Of a stretch of DNA of 64,000 nt, positions 41,864 to 53,183 are shown one piece after another; within the stretch, counting starts at the first letter, position 1, and each line of letters starts with the position of its first letter. Both the position numbers and the translations under genes were made by a program. Below the pieces are notes generated by a model. That model was given only the letters and a program-made list of their open reading frames with translations. It did no database searches and had not been told where the DNA came from. The DNA is taken from contig JBMOMC010000001.1 in the NCBI GenBank assembly GCA_049325335.1, forward strand, positions 288,001-352,000, in the 5' to 3' direction. This DNA comes from Nitrospirota bacterium. Its GTDB lineage: Bacteria; Nitrospirota; Nitrospiria; 2-01-FULL-66-17.

Positions 41864-43770
41864 GACTGCTCGACCACATCAATGCGCCGGAGGACCTCCG
41901 TCGCCTGTCCCCGGAACAGCTCCCCCAAGTCGCGGCTGAACTGCGCGAGACGATTATCGCCACGCTCGCGGCCAACGGCGGGCATTTTGCCGGGCCCTTA
42001 GGCGCGGTGGATTTGAACGTGGCGCTGCACTACGTGTTCGACACCCCGCGCGACCGGCTGGTCTGGGACGTGGGCTACCAAGCGTACGCGCACAAATTGC
42101 TCACCGGCCGACGCGAGCAGTTCCACACCTTGCGCCAACTGGACGGCATCAGCGGCTTCCCGCGTCGCGCCGAAAGCTCATACGACACGTTCGGCACGGG
42201 CCACGCGGCCACGTCGATCTCGGCCGCGCTCGGCATGGCCGAAGGCCGCGACCAGCTCTCGGCAGACAGCGAGGCCGCGCCGCGCAAGGTCGTCGCCATC
42301 ATCGGCGACGGCTCGATGACCGCCGGAATGGCGTTCGAGGGCCTCAACCAGGCCGGCGCGCTCAAGACCGATCTGATCGTGGTCTTAAACGACAACTCGA
42401 TGGCCATCTCCGAAAACGTCGGCGCGTTGTCGAGTTACTTGACTCGGATCATCACCGGCAAGCTATACACCAAGGTCAAGGAAGAGACCGAAGCCATCCT
42501 GCGGCACATCCCCAAGATCGGCCCGCCCATGCTCAAGATGGCCAAAAAGGCGGAAGAGTCGATGAAGGGCCTGTTCGTCCCGGGATTGCTGTTCGAGGAG
42601 ATGGGCTTTCGGTACATCGGCCCCATCGACGGCCACCGGTTGGACCACCTGGTCACCACGTTCGAGAACGTGAAACGCCTGTCGGGCCCGTTGCTGGTCC
42701 ACGTCATCACACACAAGGGCAAAGGGTATGAACCCGCCGAACGCAACCCCGTCGCGTTTCACGGCGTCACCCCGTTTGACCCCGTCACCGGCGCGTCCAA
42801 GAAAAAAGCGGGGCGGCCGTCGTACACCGCAGTGTTCGCCAACACCTTGATCGACCTGGCCCGCACGCGGCCGGAAGTCGTGGCCATCACCGCGGCCATG
42901 CCAGAGGGCACGGGCCTGAACCTGTTCGCGAAAGAATTCCCGGACCGCTACTACGACGTGGGCATCGCGGAACAACACGCGGTGACGTTCGCCGCGGGCT
43001 TGGCCACCGAGGGGATTCGGCCGGTGGTCGCGATCTATTCCACGTTCCTGCAACGCGCGTACGATCAAGTGGTCCACGACGTGTGTCTGCAAAATCTCCC
43101 GGTCCTCTTCTGCCTGGACCGCGGTGGCCTGGTGGGCGAAGACGGCGCCACCCACCACGGAGTGCTCGACTTGGCCTATCTGCGTCACATCCCCAACATG
43201 GTCGTCATGGCGCCCAAGGATGAAAACGAATTGCGTCACATGTTGCTCACCGGCTTGTTGCACGAAGGCCCGTGCGCGATCCGTTATCCGCGCGGCGAAT
43301 CCGAGGGCGTCTCGCCCGACCCCACCATCGTTCCCCTACCCATCGGCCGCGGGGAAATCGTCCGCGAGGGCGACGACGTGGCGTTGGTGGCGATCGGCGC
43401 CATGGTGCCGGTGGCGCTCAAAGCCGCGGAACTGCTGCGGGATCGCGGCGTGGCCGCCACCGTGGTCAACGCCCGTTTCGTCAAACCCCTGGACCGTGAA
43501 CTGCTGCTGGACGTGGCCGATCGCGTGCGTCGGATCGTGACCATTGAAGACCACGCATTGATGGGAGGGTTCGGGAGCGCGGTGCTGGAGCTGTTCGAAG
43601 AGGCGGACGCGCGTGGCGTGGAGGTACGTCGGATCGGTTTGCCGGACGCGTTCATCGAACATGGCGCGCAGAAGCTCTTGCGACAGCAGCACCGGCTGGA
43701 CCCCGAAGGCGTCGCGAACCGCGTGGCGGCGTTCCTGAAGTCGCCGCTCGAAGTCTCGGAGCCGGTCTAG
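41860..43770 (+). CDS. dxs: 1-deoxy-D-xylulose-5-phosphate synthase
   Basis: GDGSMTAG...[24 protein letters not shown] and IRYPRG; ATGA overlap with ispA. Confidence 0.97.
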   Translation: MRLLDHINAPEDLRRLSPEQLPQVAAELRETIIATLAANGGHFAGPLGAVDLNVALHYVFDTPRDRLVWDVGYQAYAHKLLTGRREQFHTLRQLDGISGFPRRAESSYDTFGTGHAATSISAALGMAEGRDQLSADSEAAPRKVVAIIGDGSMTAGMAFEGLNQAGALKTDLIVVLNDNSMAISENVGALSSYLTRIITGKLYTKVKEETEAILRHIPKIGPPMLKMAKKAEESMKGLFVPGLLFEEMGFRYIGPIDGHRLDHLVTTFENVKRLSGPLLVHVITHKGKGYEPAERNPVAFHGVTPFDPVTGASKKKAGRPSYTAVFANTLIDLARTRPEVVAITAAMPEGTGLNLFAKEFPDRYYDVGIAEQHAVTFAAGLATEGIRPVVAIYSTFLQRAYDQVVHDVCLQNLPVLFCLDRGGLVGEDGATHHGVLDLAYLRHIPNMVVMAPKDENELRHMLLTGLLHEGPCAIRYPRGESEGVSPDPTIVPLPIGRGEIVREGDDVALVAIGAMVPVALKAAELLRDRGVAATVVNARFVKPLDRELLLDVADRVRRIVTIEDHALMGGFGSAVLELFEEADARGVEVRRIGLPDAFIEHGAQKLLRQQHRLDPEGVANRVAAFLKSPLEVSEPV

Positions 43771-43884
43771 CGGGGCGCGTTGATGAAGGGGCATCCGACG
43801 CCTTCCTGACCGCGCTCCGACGCCGCACACTGCGCGACGCCGGGAACCATACTGCTGAACGATCTCTCCGGCCGCGAGAACCAT

Positions 43885-44880
43885 ATGGCCGCCGACTTCA
43901 TGACTGAACTCATTCAAATTTCCCGGGGACCGACGCGGCGCGGCAAGCGGCCGTCTCACCTCACGGCGTCCGTCGAGCGACCGCCGCTGCCGCCTTGGAT
44001 TCGCGTGCGGTTACGCCAAGGGACGGAGCTCGCCCGTCTGCGAAAAACCTTTCGGGACGCGACCCTGCACACGGTGTGCGAAGAAGCGCGGTGTCCCAAT
44101 CTCTGGGAATGTTGGAATCGCGGCACGGCAACATTCATGATCCTCGGTGATATTTGCACGCGCTCGTGCGGATTCTGCGCGGTCAAGACCGGACGGCCCT
44201 CCGAGGTGGATGCGGACGAGCCGCGACGCGTGGCCGACGCGGTTGCGGCCATGCGCCTACGACATGCGGTCGTCACCTCGGTCAACCGCGACGAGTTGGA
44301 AGACGGCGGTGCGTCCATCTTTGCGGAGACCATCCGGGCGATCCGTCGCGTCAAACCGGACTGCGCGGTCGAGGTCCTGATCCCTGATTTTCAGGGCTCC
44401 GAGTCCGCGTTGATGACGGTGTTGGCCGCTCGGCCCGATGTCCTCACCCACAATACCGAGACCGTCCCGCGTCTCTACGCCGCGGTGCGGCCGCAAGCGC
44501 GTTACGAGCGTTCGCTGGACGTGCTGCATCGCGCCAAGGCCGCGGGAGCGGCGACCAAAACCGGCCTGATGGTGGGACTGGGCGAGACGACCGACGAACT
44601 GTTCGCGGTGTTTGCGGATCTTCGCGGCGCAGGCTGCGACATCCTCACCGTCGGCCAATATTTGCAGCCCACGCGCGAGCATGTGCCGGTTGTGCGGTAC
44701 TACGACCCTCGGGAGTTTGACGCGTTACGCGAGAGAGCGCGCGCCATCGGGTTTGCGCACGTCGAAGCCGGTCCGCTGGTGCGCAGTTCCTACCACGCGG
44801 ATAAGCAGGCCACGGCGGCGGACGGCGGGGCGCCCCCCCGTTCGCCCCGCCCCACGCTGAACGAGGCCCCGCGTGGCTGA
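43885..44880 (+). CDS. lipA: Lipoyl synthase
   Basis: CEEARCPNLWEC, CTRSCGFC and VRSSYHA. Confidence 0.97.
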   Translation: MAADFMTELIQISRGPTRRGKRPSHLTASVERPPLPPWIRVRLRQGTELARLRKTFRDATLHTVCEEARCPNLWECWNRGTATFMILGDICTRSCGFCAVKTGRPSEVDADEPRRVADAVAAMRLRHAVVTSVNRDELEDGGASIFAETIRAIRRVKPDCAVEVLIPDFQGSESALMTVLAARPDVLTHNTETVPRLYAAVRPQARYERSLDVLHRAKAAGAATKTGLMVGLGETTDELFAVFADLRGAGCDILTVGQYLQPTREHVPVVRYYDPREFDALRERARAIGFAHVEAGPLVRSSYHADKQATAADGGAPPRSPRPTLNEAPRG

Positions 44881-46342
44881 TCCATTGCGCGTTCTCTTCG
44901 CGGTGTCCGAAATCACGCCGTTTTCAAAAACCGGAGGACTGGGCGACGTGGCTGCGGCGCTCCCGCGGGCGCTCGCCGCGCTGGGACATGACGTACGGGT
45001 GGTAACGCCGCGGTATCGGTCGTTTGCGGGCTCGGCGGAACGGATCGCGGCCGTCCAAGTCCACATGGGGCGACGCGTCGTGACCGCCGCGATCGGCCGG
45101 ACGACCCTCCCCGACAGCGCGGTCCCGGTATACACCGTGGACGACGATCAGGGGTGGTTCGACCGCGACGGCCTGTACCAGTCGCGCACCGGCGAGTATT
45201 CCGATAATGTGGAGCGGTTCGCCTTTTTCTCGCGCGCCGCGCTGCAACTGACTGAGGCGCTGGACTGGTCCCCGCAGATCATCCACTGCCACGACTGGCA
45301 AACCGCGTTGATCCCGGTGTACCTGGCCGCCGGCAGCCGGCAGCCGACCGTGCGCACCGTGCTGACGATCCACAACATGGGCTTTCAGGGCTCGTTCCCC
45401 GGTGATCGTTTTCCCGCAACGGACCTGCCGTCCGCGTGGTTTTCCATGAACGGCGTCGAATTTTTCGGCCGCGTCAATCTACTCAAGGGCGGATTACTCG
45501 CCGCAGATCTGCTCACCACGGTCAGCCCCACCTACGCCCAAGAAATCCAGACCGAAGCCTTGAGCTGCGGGCTGCACGGCGTGTTGGCGACCAGACGGCG
45601 CGACGTGGTGGGCATCCTGAACGGCATTGATCGCGAGGTCTGGAATCCCGCGACCGATTCGCTGCTCGCGGCCCGATTCTCCGCCTCGCGCCTCGCGGGC
45701 AAAACCGCGTGTCGCGACGACCTCCTGCGCCGCGTGCGTCTTGACCCGGGCCCCACGCCGGTCGTGGCCATGGTCAGCCGCCTGACCGAACAAAAAGGCG
45801 TGGATCTATTGATCGACCTCCTCCCGGACTTGCTGCTGCTGGACCTTCGGCTGGTCGTGCTCGGAACCGGCGACGGTCCCTATGAAGCCGCGTTACGCAA
45901 CTGGGCCGCCAAACGCCCGGATCGGATCGCGGCGATGATGGCGTTCGACGAGACCTTGGCCCACCGCATCATGGCGGGCGCGGATCTCTTTTTGATGCCG
46001 TCTCGGTATGAACCCTGCGGCCTCAGCCAACTGTACGCGATGCGCTACGGCGCGGTACCGGTCGCGCACCACACCGGCGGGTTGGCCGACACGATCGTCG
46101 ACCTCACCCCGCGGTCGGCTCAGGACGGGAGAGCCACCGGATTTTTATTCCGGCCGTGTACGGCCGAACATTTCCTGCGCGCGATCCAGTTTGCGCTCGC
46201 CGCGCGGCGTGAGCGCGCCGCGTGGAAGCGGATTATGATCGCCGGCATGCGCGCGGATTTCGGGTGGGATCAGTCCGCCGCCCACTACGTGTCGGCGTAT
46301 CGTCGCGCGCTCAGTCAACCCCCAAGGAGACCCCTTGCCTAG
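44873..46342 (+). CDS. glgA: Glycogen synthase
   Basis: KTGGLGDV, HCHDWQT and PSRYEPCGLSQ. Confidence 0.95.
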   Translation: MADPLRVLFAVSEITPFSKTGGLGDVAAALPRALAALGHDVRVVTPRYRSFAGSAERIAAVQVHMGRRVVTAAIGRTTLPDSAVPVYTVDDDQGWFDRDGLYQSRTGEYSDNVERFAFFSRAALQLTEALDWSPQIIHCHDWQTALIPVYLAAGSRQPTVRTVLTIHNMGFQGSFPGDRFPATDLPSAWFSMNGVEFFGRVNLLKGGLLAADLLTTVSPTYAQEIQTEALSCGLHGVLATRRRDVVGILNGIDREVWNPATDSLLAARFSASRLAGKTACRDDLLRRVRLDPGPTPVVAMVSRLTEQKGVDLLIDLLPDLLLLDLRLVVLGTGDGPYEAALRNWAAKRPDRIAAMMAFDETLAHRIMAGADLFLMPSRYEPCGLSQLYAMRYGAVPVAHHTGGLADTIVDLTPRSAQDGRATGFLFRPCTAEHFLRAIQFALAARRERAAWKRIMIAGMRADFGWDQSAAHYVSAYRRALSQPPRRPLA

Positions 46343-47249
46343 TAAACGATCTCGAACAACGGCTCCGTCGTCCCGACCGAAAACCGCAGCCCGCGCACCC
46401 AAGAAGGCCCCGACGACCCGCGGGGTCCGTGGCGGCTCGACGAGCAAACCATCCGCGGCGCCGCCCGCGCGCAAGCCAGCGACACCCGCTCCCGCGGTCA
46501 AGACCTCGTCACGCGCCGTCGGCCCGCGGCGCGCGGACCTGATGGCCCAAGCCAAAGCCGCGGGAATCACGGGGCGCCAGCGAATGACCGTGGCGCAACT
46601 GCAGGCCGCGCTGGCGCGCGTGGCGACGCGTCCGACGCCCGCTCCGACCCCGGACGCCCAGATCCGCCCCGTGGTCGTGGCCACGCCGTCCCCGGTCGCC
46701 GGGCTTCCGTGGCGCTTCGGCGTCACCGAAGTGGTCGCCCTCCCCGTTGATCCGCTGTTGGTCTACGTGTACTGGGAGCTGCTGCCCGATGACGTCGCGG
46801 CCGTCCGCGCCGCGCTGGGCTCCTCGTGGGACGGCGCGCAGCAGGTGCTCCGGGCCTACGAAGTGTCCCCCGCGTTCGCGCCCACCGGGGACGGGATCGG
46901 GCTGGCGGCCCGCGCGCGGCATCATTTTGACTCGGACGTGGGCGGCGACGTGGGCAGCTACTATGTGCACCTGTGGAGCCCGGATCAGACGCTGGTGTTT
47001 GAACTCGGGTGGCGCGGCCGGACGGGTCGCTTCGTGGCCGCCGCCCGCTCCAACCTGGTCCGTACGCCCCGCAACGCGCCCTGCGGCGGGGAGGAACGGT
47101 GGATGACCGTGCGAAACGGCCGGATCGTGACCACGCCGGCCGGGGCGGTTCCGGGCGGCGACGCCGCGGACCGCGGACCCGAGTCGGTCGAACCCGCGCC
47201 TTGGTCCGCGACCTTTCCCACGCACCGCGGATGGGGAGGACGGCGATGA
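46335..47249 (+). CDS. DUF4912-domain protein with a basic N-terminus and Rho-N-like segment
   Basis: 'LPVDPLLVYVYWE' and 'ARSNLVRTPR'; sits directly before GH57. Confidence 0.8.
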   Translation: MPSKRSRTTAPSSRPKTAARAPKKAPTTRGVRGGSTSKPSAAPPARKPATPAPAVKTSSRAVGPRRADLMAQAKAAGITGRQRMTVAQLQAALARVATRPTPAPTPDAQIRPVVVATPSPVAGLPWRFGVTEVVALPVDPLLVYVYWELLPDDVAAVRAALGSSWDGAQQVLRAYEVSPAFAPTGDGIGLAARARHHFDSDVGGDVGSYYVHLWSPDQTLVFELGWRGRTGRFVAAARSNLVRTPRNAPCGGEERWMTVRNGRIVTTPAGAVPGGDAADRGPESVEPAPWSATFPTHRGWGGRR

Positions 47250-48871
47250 GCCTACGCCGAGGCTACTTGTGCCTGTTGCTGCACGCGCACCTGCCGTTCG
47301 TACGTCATCCGGAACACGAACATTTCCTGGAGGAAAACTGGTATTACGAAGCCGTCTCCGACACGTATTTACCCGTGCTGGACGCGCTTGAACGGCTGAC
47401 GGACGACGGGGTGCGCGTTCGGCTCACCATGACCTTGTCCCCGTCGCTGACCGCCATGTTCGACGACGGGCTCTTGCGCGAGCGCATGGTCCGATACTTC
47501 GACCAACGTATTTCGCTGGCGCGCGCGGAAGGGCACCGGTTGGCGGACGACGCCGCGTTCGGCCCGCTCGCCGCGTATTATCGCGATCGGTTCGAACGCA
47601 GCCGCGACGCGTTCGTCAACCGGTATCACCGGGATCTGACCGCCGCCTTCCGCGGGTTCCAAGATCAGGGCAGTCTGGAGATCATCACCTGCGGAGCCAC
47701 GCACGGGTTTCTTCCCTTGTTGAACGCGGTGCCGAGCGCCGCGCGCGCGCAAGTGCGCGTGGCCGCGGACTCGTACCGCCGCGCGTTCGGCCGCGACCCG
47801 CGCGGCATCTGGCTTCCCGAGTGCGCGTATACCCCCGGCTTCGACGAGGTGTTGCGCGACGAGGGCATTCGGTTCTTCATGATGGAGAGCCACGGCCTGG
47901 CGCACGCCAAGCCGCGGCCGCGCTTCGGGCTGCACGCGCCCGTGTACTGCGCGTCCGGCGTGGCCGCGTTCGCGCGCGACGTAGAGTCGTCCAAACAGGT
48001 CTGGAGCGCGAACGAAGGGTACCCCGGCGATTTCGCCTACCGTGAGTACTACCGCGACGTGGGGTTCGACCTGCCCGTGGAACGGCTGCGCGAGCACCTG
48101 CCGCATCTCGGTCCGCGGTACAACACCGGCATCAAGTACTACCGGATCACGGGTCGCACCGATCATAAGGAGCCGTATGTCCCGGCGCAGGCCCGGGAAC
48201 GCGCGGCCGAACACGCGGGGAATTTCCTGTTCAACCGAGGACAACAGATCGACTACCTCTCGGGCGGCATGGATCGACCGCCTTTGGTGGTGGCGCCCTA
48301 CGACGCCGAATTGTTCGGACACTGGTGGTTCGAGGGCCCGATCTGGATCGAACTGCTCGCGCGCAAACTCCACTTCGACCAGGACCAGATCGAACCCATC
48401 ACCCCGTCGGAATACCTGGACCGCCATCCGACCAACCAAGTGGTGGAACCGTGCGCGTCGAGTTGGGGGCACAACGGGTATTACGAGGTGTGGCTCAACG
48501 GCGCCAACGACTGGATCTACCGCTACCTACACCACGCCGCCACGCGCATGGAAACGCTCGCGGCGCGTCGGCCCACGCCCGGCAGCATGGAGCACCGAGC
48601 CGTCACGCAGGCGCTGCGCGAGTTGCTGTTGGCCCAGGCATCGGACTGGGCCTTCATCATGAAAACCGGCACCATGGTGCCGTACGCGAACAAACGCACC
48701 ACCGATCATCTGCTGCGCTTTTTCCGGCTGGCGGATCAACTCGACGCGGGCGCCGTCGACGCCGCGTGGCTCGCGGAGATCGAAGCCCGCGACACGTGTT
48801 TTCCCCACCTCGATGTCGCGGCCGCGTACCGCGACGCGCACGAGCCCGCCGCGCAGGCCGTGGGCCGGTGA
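47246..48871 (+). CDS. GH57 / DUF1957 1,4-alpha-glucan branching enzyme
   Basis: LHAHLPFV, GIWLPEC, YDAELFGHWWFEG and AQASDWAF. Confidence 0.93.
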   Translation: MSLRRGYLCLLLHAHLPFVRHPEHEHFLEENWYYEAVSDTYLPVLDALERLTDDGVRVRLTMTLSPSLTAMFDDGLLRERMVRYFDQRISLARAEGHRLADDAAFGPLAAYYRDRFERSRDAFVNRYHRDLTAAFRGFQDQGSLEIITCGATHGFLPLLNAVPSAARAQVRVAADSYRRAFGRDPRGIWLPECAYTPGFDEVLRDEGIRFFMMESHGLAHAKPRPRFGLHAPVYCASGVAAFARDVESSKQVWSANEGYPGDFAYREYYRDVGFDLPVERLREHLPHLGPRYNTGIKYYRITGRTDHKEPYVPAQARERAAEHAGNFLFNRGQQIDYLSGGMDRPPLVVAPYDAELFGHWWFEGPIWIELLARKLHFDQDQIEPITPSEYLDRHPTNQVVEPCASSWGHNGYYEVWLNGANDWIYRYLHHAATRMETLAARRPTPGSMEHRAVTQALRELLLAQASDWAFIMKTGTMVPYANKRTTDHLLRFFRLADQLDAGAVDAAWLAEIEARDTCFPHLDVAAAYRDAHEPAAQAVGR

Positions 48872-50940
48872 GGGCTCGGCGCCGCGTTCAGGATCGTCCG
48901 CGCCCGCGCGGGAATCACCTCATCACCGGCCTGCTGCAAGGGCATCCCGACGGGTACGGGTTCGTGATCCCGGACGAAGACCCGGCGCTGGGGAGACGCG
49001 ACGTGTACATCCCGGCGCGCGACATGGGCGCGGCCATGCACGGGGACCGCGTGGAGGCGCTGGTCGAGACGCGGCCCGCTCCCCGCGGCCGCGCGCGGCC
49101 GCGGACCGAGGAGCGGCGCCAGGGACGGATCGTGCGCGTGGTGGAGCGCGCGCGGCGCGAGGTGGTCGGGCGTCTCGCGCGCGGACCGTCGTTTCTGTTC
49201 GTGGTGCCCACGGACCCGCGAATCAGCCGCGACGTGGCGATCCCGACGGCCGAGTTGCACGGCGCGCGCGAAGGCGATCTCGTGGTCGCCGAGATCACCG
49301 CCTGCCCCGAGGCCCGGCAGGGATTTCTCGGCCGCGTCGTTCGCGTGCTCGGGCAATCCGGCGATCCCGCGTTGGACACCGACATGGTCGTCGCGGAATT
49401 CGATCTGCCCCGCGAATTCCCCTCGGAGGTGGAGCGCGAGGCCGCCGCGATCCCGGACCGGCTCACGCCCGGCCTGTTGGCGGGCCGTCGCGACCTGCGC
49501 GCGTTGACCACGGTGACGATCGACGGAGAACACGCCAAGGATTTCGACGACGCGGTGTCGATCGACCCGCTGCCGGACGGGGGCTTCCGTCTCTGGGTGC
49601 ACATCGCCGACGTGTCCGCCTATGTCGCGTGGGACAGCCCGCTGGACCAAGAAGCCAGGCGCCGCGGGACCAGCGTGTATTTTCCGGACCGCGTGGTGCC
49701 CATGTTTCCGGAGCGGCTGTCCAACGGATTGTGCAGCTTGAACCCCGGCGAAGACCGCCTGACCCTCACCTGCGAGATGACGTTTGACGCCGACGGGCAT
49801 CGCGCGGCGTATACGTTGTATCCCAGCGTGATCATCAGCGACGAACGCATGACCTACACCACGGTCGGACGGATCCTGGAACAGGACGACCCGGAGTTGA
49901 GCCGCCGTTATGCCTCCCTGCTGCCGATGTTCCGAACCATGCGCGCGTTGTGCGAACGGCTGTCCCGGCGCCGTCGCGAACGCGGGAGCATTGACTTCGA
50001 TCTGCCGGAACCGGAAATTTTATTGGACGTGCTGGGCGAGACCACGGCGATCGTCAAACACGACCGCACCATCGCGCACCGCATCATCGAAGAATTCATG
50101 CTGGCGGCGAACGAAACCGTGGCGCACCACCTGGATCGTCTCCGGATTCCCTCCGTCTACCGGGTGCACGAGCGACCGGACCCGGACAAGCTCCTGAACT
50201 TCGCCCAGGTCGCGTCGGGGTTCGGTCACCGGGTCGCGCTGGGCGACCCGGTGCATCCCAAACCCCTGGCGCGCGCGGTGGAAGCGGTTCGCGGGCGACC
50301 CGAGGAAGCCTTGTTGAACACGCTCCTGTTGCGCTCGATGAAACAGGCTCGATACGCGGTGGAGAACACCGGTCACTTCGGGCTGGCGGCGACGCATTAC
50401 ACGCACTTTACCTCGCCGATCCGACGGTACCCGGATCTAGTGATCCATCGCCTGGTGCGTGCCGCGTTGGCCGGCGGCGGGCTGTCGACCGAACGGCTCG
50501 AAGCGCTGTTGCCGGAGATCGCGCTCTGGTCTTCCACCCGCGAGCGCCTGGCCATGGAAGCTGAGCGGGAAGTCGTGGATCTCAAGAAGGCCCGCTTCAT
50601 GGCCAATAAGGTGGGCGAAGAATTCGCGGGCATCATTTCCGGCGTCACCGCATACGGGTTCTTCGTCCAACTCGCCGACGTGTTCGTGGAAGGCCTGGTA
50701 CGCGCCGAAACCATCGGCGGCGACTTTTACGTCCACGACGATGCGCGCCACGCGCTGGTGGGTCGGAAAACGCGCCGGGTGTTTCGATTAGGGGATCCCG
50801 TGCGTATCACGGTTGATCGCGTGGATCTGATCCGCCGACAGGTGGATTTCCGTCTGGCCGACCCGCCCGACGACGCACCAACGCCCGGTCCGCACGCCCG
50901 GCAAAAGCCCGCCCGGAAGCCTCGCCGAACCCGCTCATAG
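48868..50940 (+). CDS. rnr: Ribonuclease R
   Basis: HPDGYGFV, TIDGEHAKDFDDA, EEFMLAAN, HFTSPIRRYPD and S1 domain; GTGA overlap. Confidence 0.95.
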   Translation: MRARRRVQDRPRPRGNHLITGLLQGHPDGYGFVIPDEDPALGRRDVYIPARDMGAAMHGDRVEALVETRPAPRGRARPRTEERRQGRIVRVVERARREVVGRLARGPSFLFVVPTDPRISRDVAIPTAELHGAREGDLVVAEITACPEARQGFLGRVVRVLGQSGDPALDTDMVVAEFDLPREFPSEVEREAAAIPDRLTPGLLAGRRDLRALTTVTIDGEHAKDFDDAVSIDPLPDGGFRLWVHIADVSAYVAWDSPLDQEARRRGTSVYFPDRVVPMFPERLSNGLCSLNPGEDRLTLTCEMTFDADGHRAAYTLYPSVIISDERMTYTTVGRILEQDDPELSRRYASLLPMFRTMRALCERLSRRRRERGSIDFDLPEPEILLDVLGETTAIVKHDRTIAHRIIEEFMLAANETVAHHLDRLRIPSVYRVHERPDPDKLLNFAQVASGFGHRVALGDPVHPKPLARAVEAVRGRPEEALLNTLLLRSMKQARYAVENTGHFGLAATHYTHFTSPIRRYPDLVIHRLVRAALAGGGLSTERLEALLPEIALWSSTRERLAMEAEREVVDLKKARFMANKVGEEFAGIISGVTAYGFFVQLADVFVEGLVRAETIGGDFYVHDDARHALVGRKTRRVFRLGDPVRITVDRVDLIRRQVDFRLADPPDDAPTPGPHARQKPARKPRRTRS

Positions 50941-51029
50941 GATCTCCCTCCCCTCCGTACGGATGAGTCCGGCAACGCCCCTGAACAGTTGACAGCCCTC
51001 GGATCAGCGGTACCGTTCTCCCGTCCCGT

Positions 51030-53183
51030 TTGGGGTTTCTCCTGGTGGACGACCCGATTCCGAAGCCATCGCCGGTTGATCCGCGCGAGTTAACGCGCCT
51101 CTTGACCGATTTTCAAGTGGGTATCCGCAAGGTGTCCATGTATTCGGCCTCGCACCGCGTTGTCCCGGGGATCGTGGCCTCGCTGACCGCGCAATTTCAC
51201 GCGCTCACCCGATCACACGGCACGCTCCACATCGCGAGCACCAAAGACGAGATCCTTTATGCCGGCACCCCCATCGCGAGCAGCAACCCGGTTATTCGCG
51301 AATTGGCCCGGCTGTTGAACGGCCTCAACATCGCGGGTATCGATGTGTGCCCCGAGGTGACCGACGCGCATATCAGCAGTTTTCTTCGGTTGCTCGCCGG
51401 GTCCCGCGGGACGGCCTCGTCCGTTGACAGCGACCGCGCGCTCGATGAATTCGGCCGCGCCACCCCCACCATCGTGTTGCAGTTCATCAGTTTCCAGGGA
51501 GCGGTCAAGGACCGGACCGACTCGGACGGCGGGGAAGGGATCACCGCCTCGCACCTGTGGCGCGGCTTGGTGAGCCGCCTCACCGCCGAAGGAACGCCCG
51601 CGGCCGTGCAGACCGCGCTCGATGCGGCCGCCGCCGACCCGGCCAACGCGCAGCGGGTCGCCGCAGCCATCAGTTTGATCGTCCAACACCAACAGGCGAG
51701 TGAACGCTCCTACGAACGCACGATCGTGAAGTACCTGCGGGAACAAGCCGCCGCCCTCCCGGAAGAGGGGCCCGCGCGCGCGGAGCTCGGGCAGGAAATC
51801 AGCCGGATGTTCGGCGGTCTGACCTCCGACGTGCGTCAACACCTTCTTCGCACATCGATCGAAGCAAGCGAGGAGGATGCCGCGCCCGCCGACGCGCTCA
51901 TCGAGACCCTCCCCATGCCCATGATGATGGAAGTCCTGGACCAGATCCGCGGCGCCGGGAAAGACGTGTCCCTCCCGGGACTGACTTTGTTGAAAAAACT
52001 GGTGACCTTGAGCGGCACCGATCCCACCCTCGCCGCAACCCTTCAGGAAAAGCTGCCCGAACACCACGATCTGCTGCAAGACCTCCTCACCAAACGGGCG
52101 GAGCGGACGTATTATCCGACCCAGTACCGCGCCCTGCTCGATCAGGAATTCGCGGACCAAGCCGTGCCGACCAGCGCCGTCGCGCGCCCGGAGGCGATTA
52201 CCCTCGATGAGCACGCCATCGATCAGCATCTAGCCCTGATCCTTCTCGAGACCCTGGAGGCGCCGATCCGGTCGGAGGAACAATACCGGCAGACCGTCAT
52301 CGCGCTGAAGGAGTTGCTGATCCACAGCCTTGCCGAGCGCGCCGCCGGGGTTTTCAACGACGCGATCGCGATTCTCGCGGCCAGATACGGGTCGGCCGCG
52401 GACGCCCAACGTCCGTTCCTGCAAGACTGCATTCGCGAGCTGCTGCAGCGAGAGTTTCTGCCCCATCTCCTGGCCGCGGCGGATCCCGCTGACGAACAAC
52501 GGCAACGGGACGCGCTGGCGCAGATGATCCACATCGTGGGTCCGAGCGTGATTCCGTTGCTCCTGGACAAACTCGAGGACGAACAAAATTTGAAAATGCG
52601 CAAGCGGCTCTTGACGATCCTCCGCGATTGCGGAGACGCGGTCGTGCCGTTGGCGATCGGGCGGCTTGCGCACGCGCAATGGTACGTGGTGCGGAACATG
52701 CTCTCGTTGCTTCGGGATCTGCGGGCGGTGCCCGCGGTCCCCGCGATCGCGAAGTGTCTCGCCCATACCTCGTCACAGGTGCGGCTGGCCGCCTTCCAGA
52801 CCCTTGGCGCGTTGGCCCCGCAGGCGGCCGAATTCATCGGCGCGCTCAAACGGGCATTGGACGACGACGACCCCAAAGTGTTTCGGGCCGCGCTCACGCA
52901 CCTGGTGTCCAGTCACGACACCGCGTCATTACAGTTGGCGGCCCGGCTCCTGCTAGACGATGCGGGTGCGCGCCGCGAGCGTCAGGTCGCGGCGATCAAC
53001 GCCATCGGACAGGCCGGGAACACCGCGTTGGTCCCGCTCCTGCTGGCCGTGCAGCGCCGCCATCTCTTGCGCTTTTGGACGTGGCGGACCACCAGCGCAG
53101 TGCGGACGGCCGTCAATCGCGCATTGATCACCATTAGGGCCCGAGGAGGAGCGCCGGATGTCGGACACCAAGACGCCGCCTGA
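51030..53183 (+). CDS. HEAT-repeat protein
   Basis: C-terminal HEAT repeats ('WYVVRNML', 'QVRLAAFQTLG'); start may be GTG 51045. Confidence 0.8.
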   Translation: MGFLLVDDPIPKPSPVDPRELTRLLTDFQVGIRKVSMYSASHRVVPGIVASLTAQFHALTRSHGTLHIASTKDEILYAGTPIASSNPVIRELARLLNGLNIAGIDVCPEVTDAHISSFLRLLAGSRGTASSVDSDRALDEFGRATPTIVLQFISFQGAVKDRTDSDGGEGITASHLWRGLVSRLTAEGTPAAVQTALDAAAADPANAQRVAAAISLIVQHQQASERSYERTIVKYLREQAAALPEEGPARAELGQEISRMFGGLTSDVRQHLLRTSIEASEEDAAPADALIETLPMPMMMEVLDQIRGAGKDVSLPGLTLLKKLVTLSGTDPTLAATLQEKLPEHHDLLQDLLTKRAERTYYPTQYRALLDQEFADQAVPTSAVARPEAITLDEHAIDQHLALILLETLEAPIRSEEQYRQTVIALKELLIHSLAERAAGVFNDAIAILAARYGSAADAQRPFLQDCIRELLQREFLPHLLAAADPADEQRQRDALAQMIHIVGPSVIPLLLDKLEDEQNLKMRKRLLTILRDCGDAVVPLAIGRLAHAQWYVVRNMLSLLRDLRAVPAVPAIAKCLAHTSSQVRLAAFQTLGALAPQAAEFIGALKRALDDDDPKVFRAALTHLVSSHDTASLQLAARLLLDDAGARRERQVAAINAIGQAGNTALVPLLLAVQRRHLLRFWTWRTTSAVRTAVNRALITIRARGGAPDVGHQDAA

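Noticed and set aside
43771..43820. Imperfect hairpin between dxs and lipA
   Set aside because: No U-tract and several mismatches; such pairing is expected by chance at this GC content
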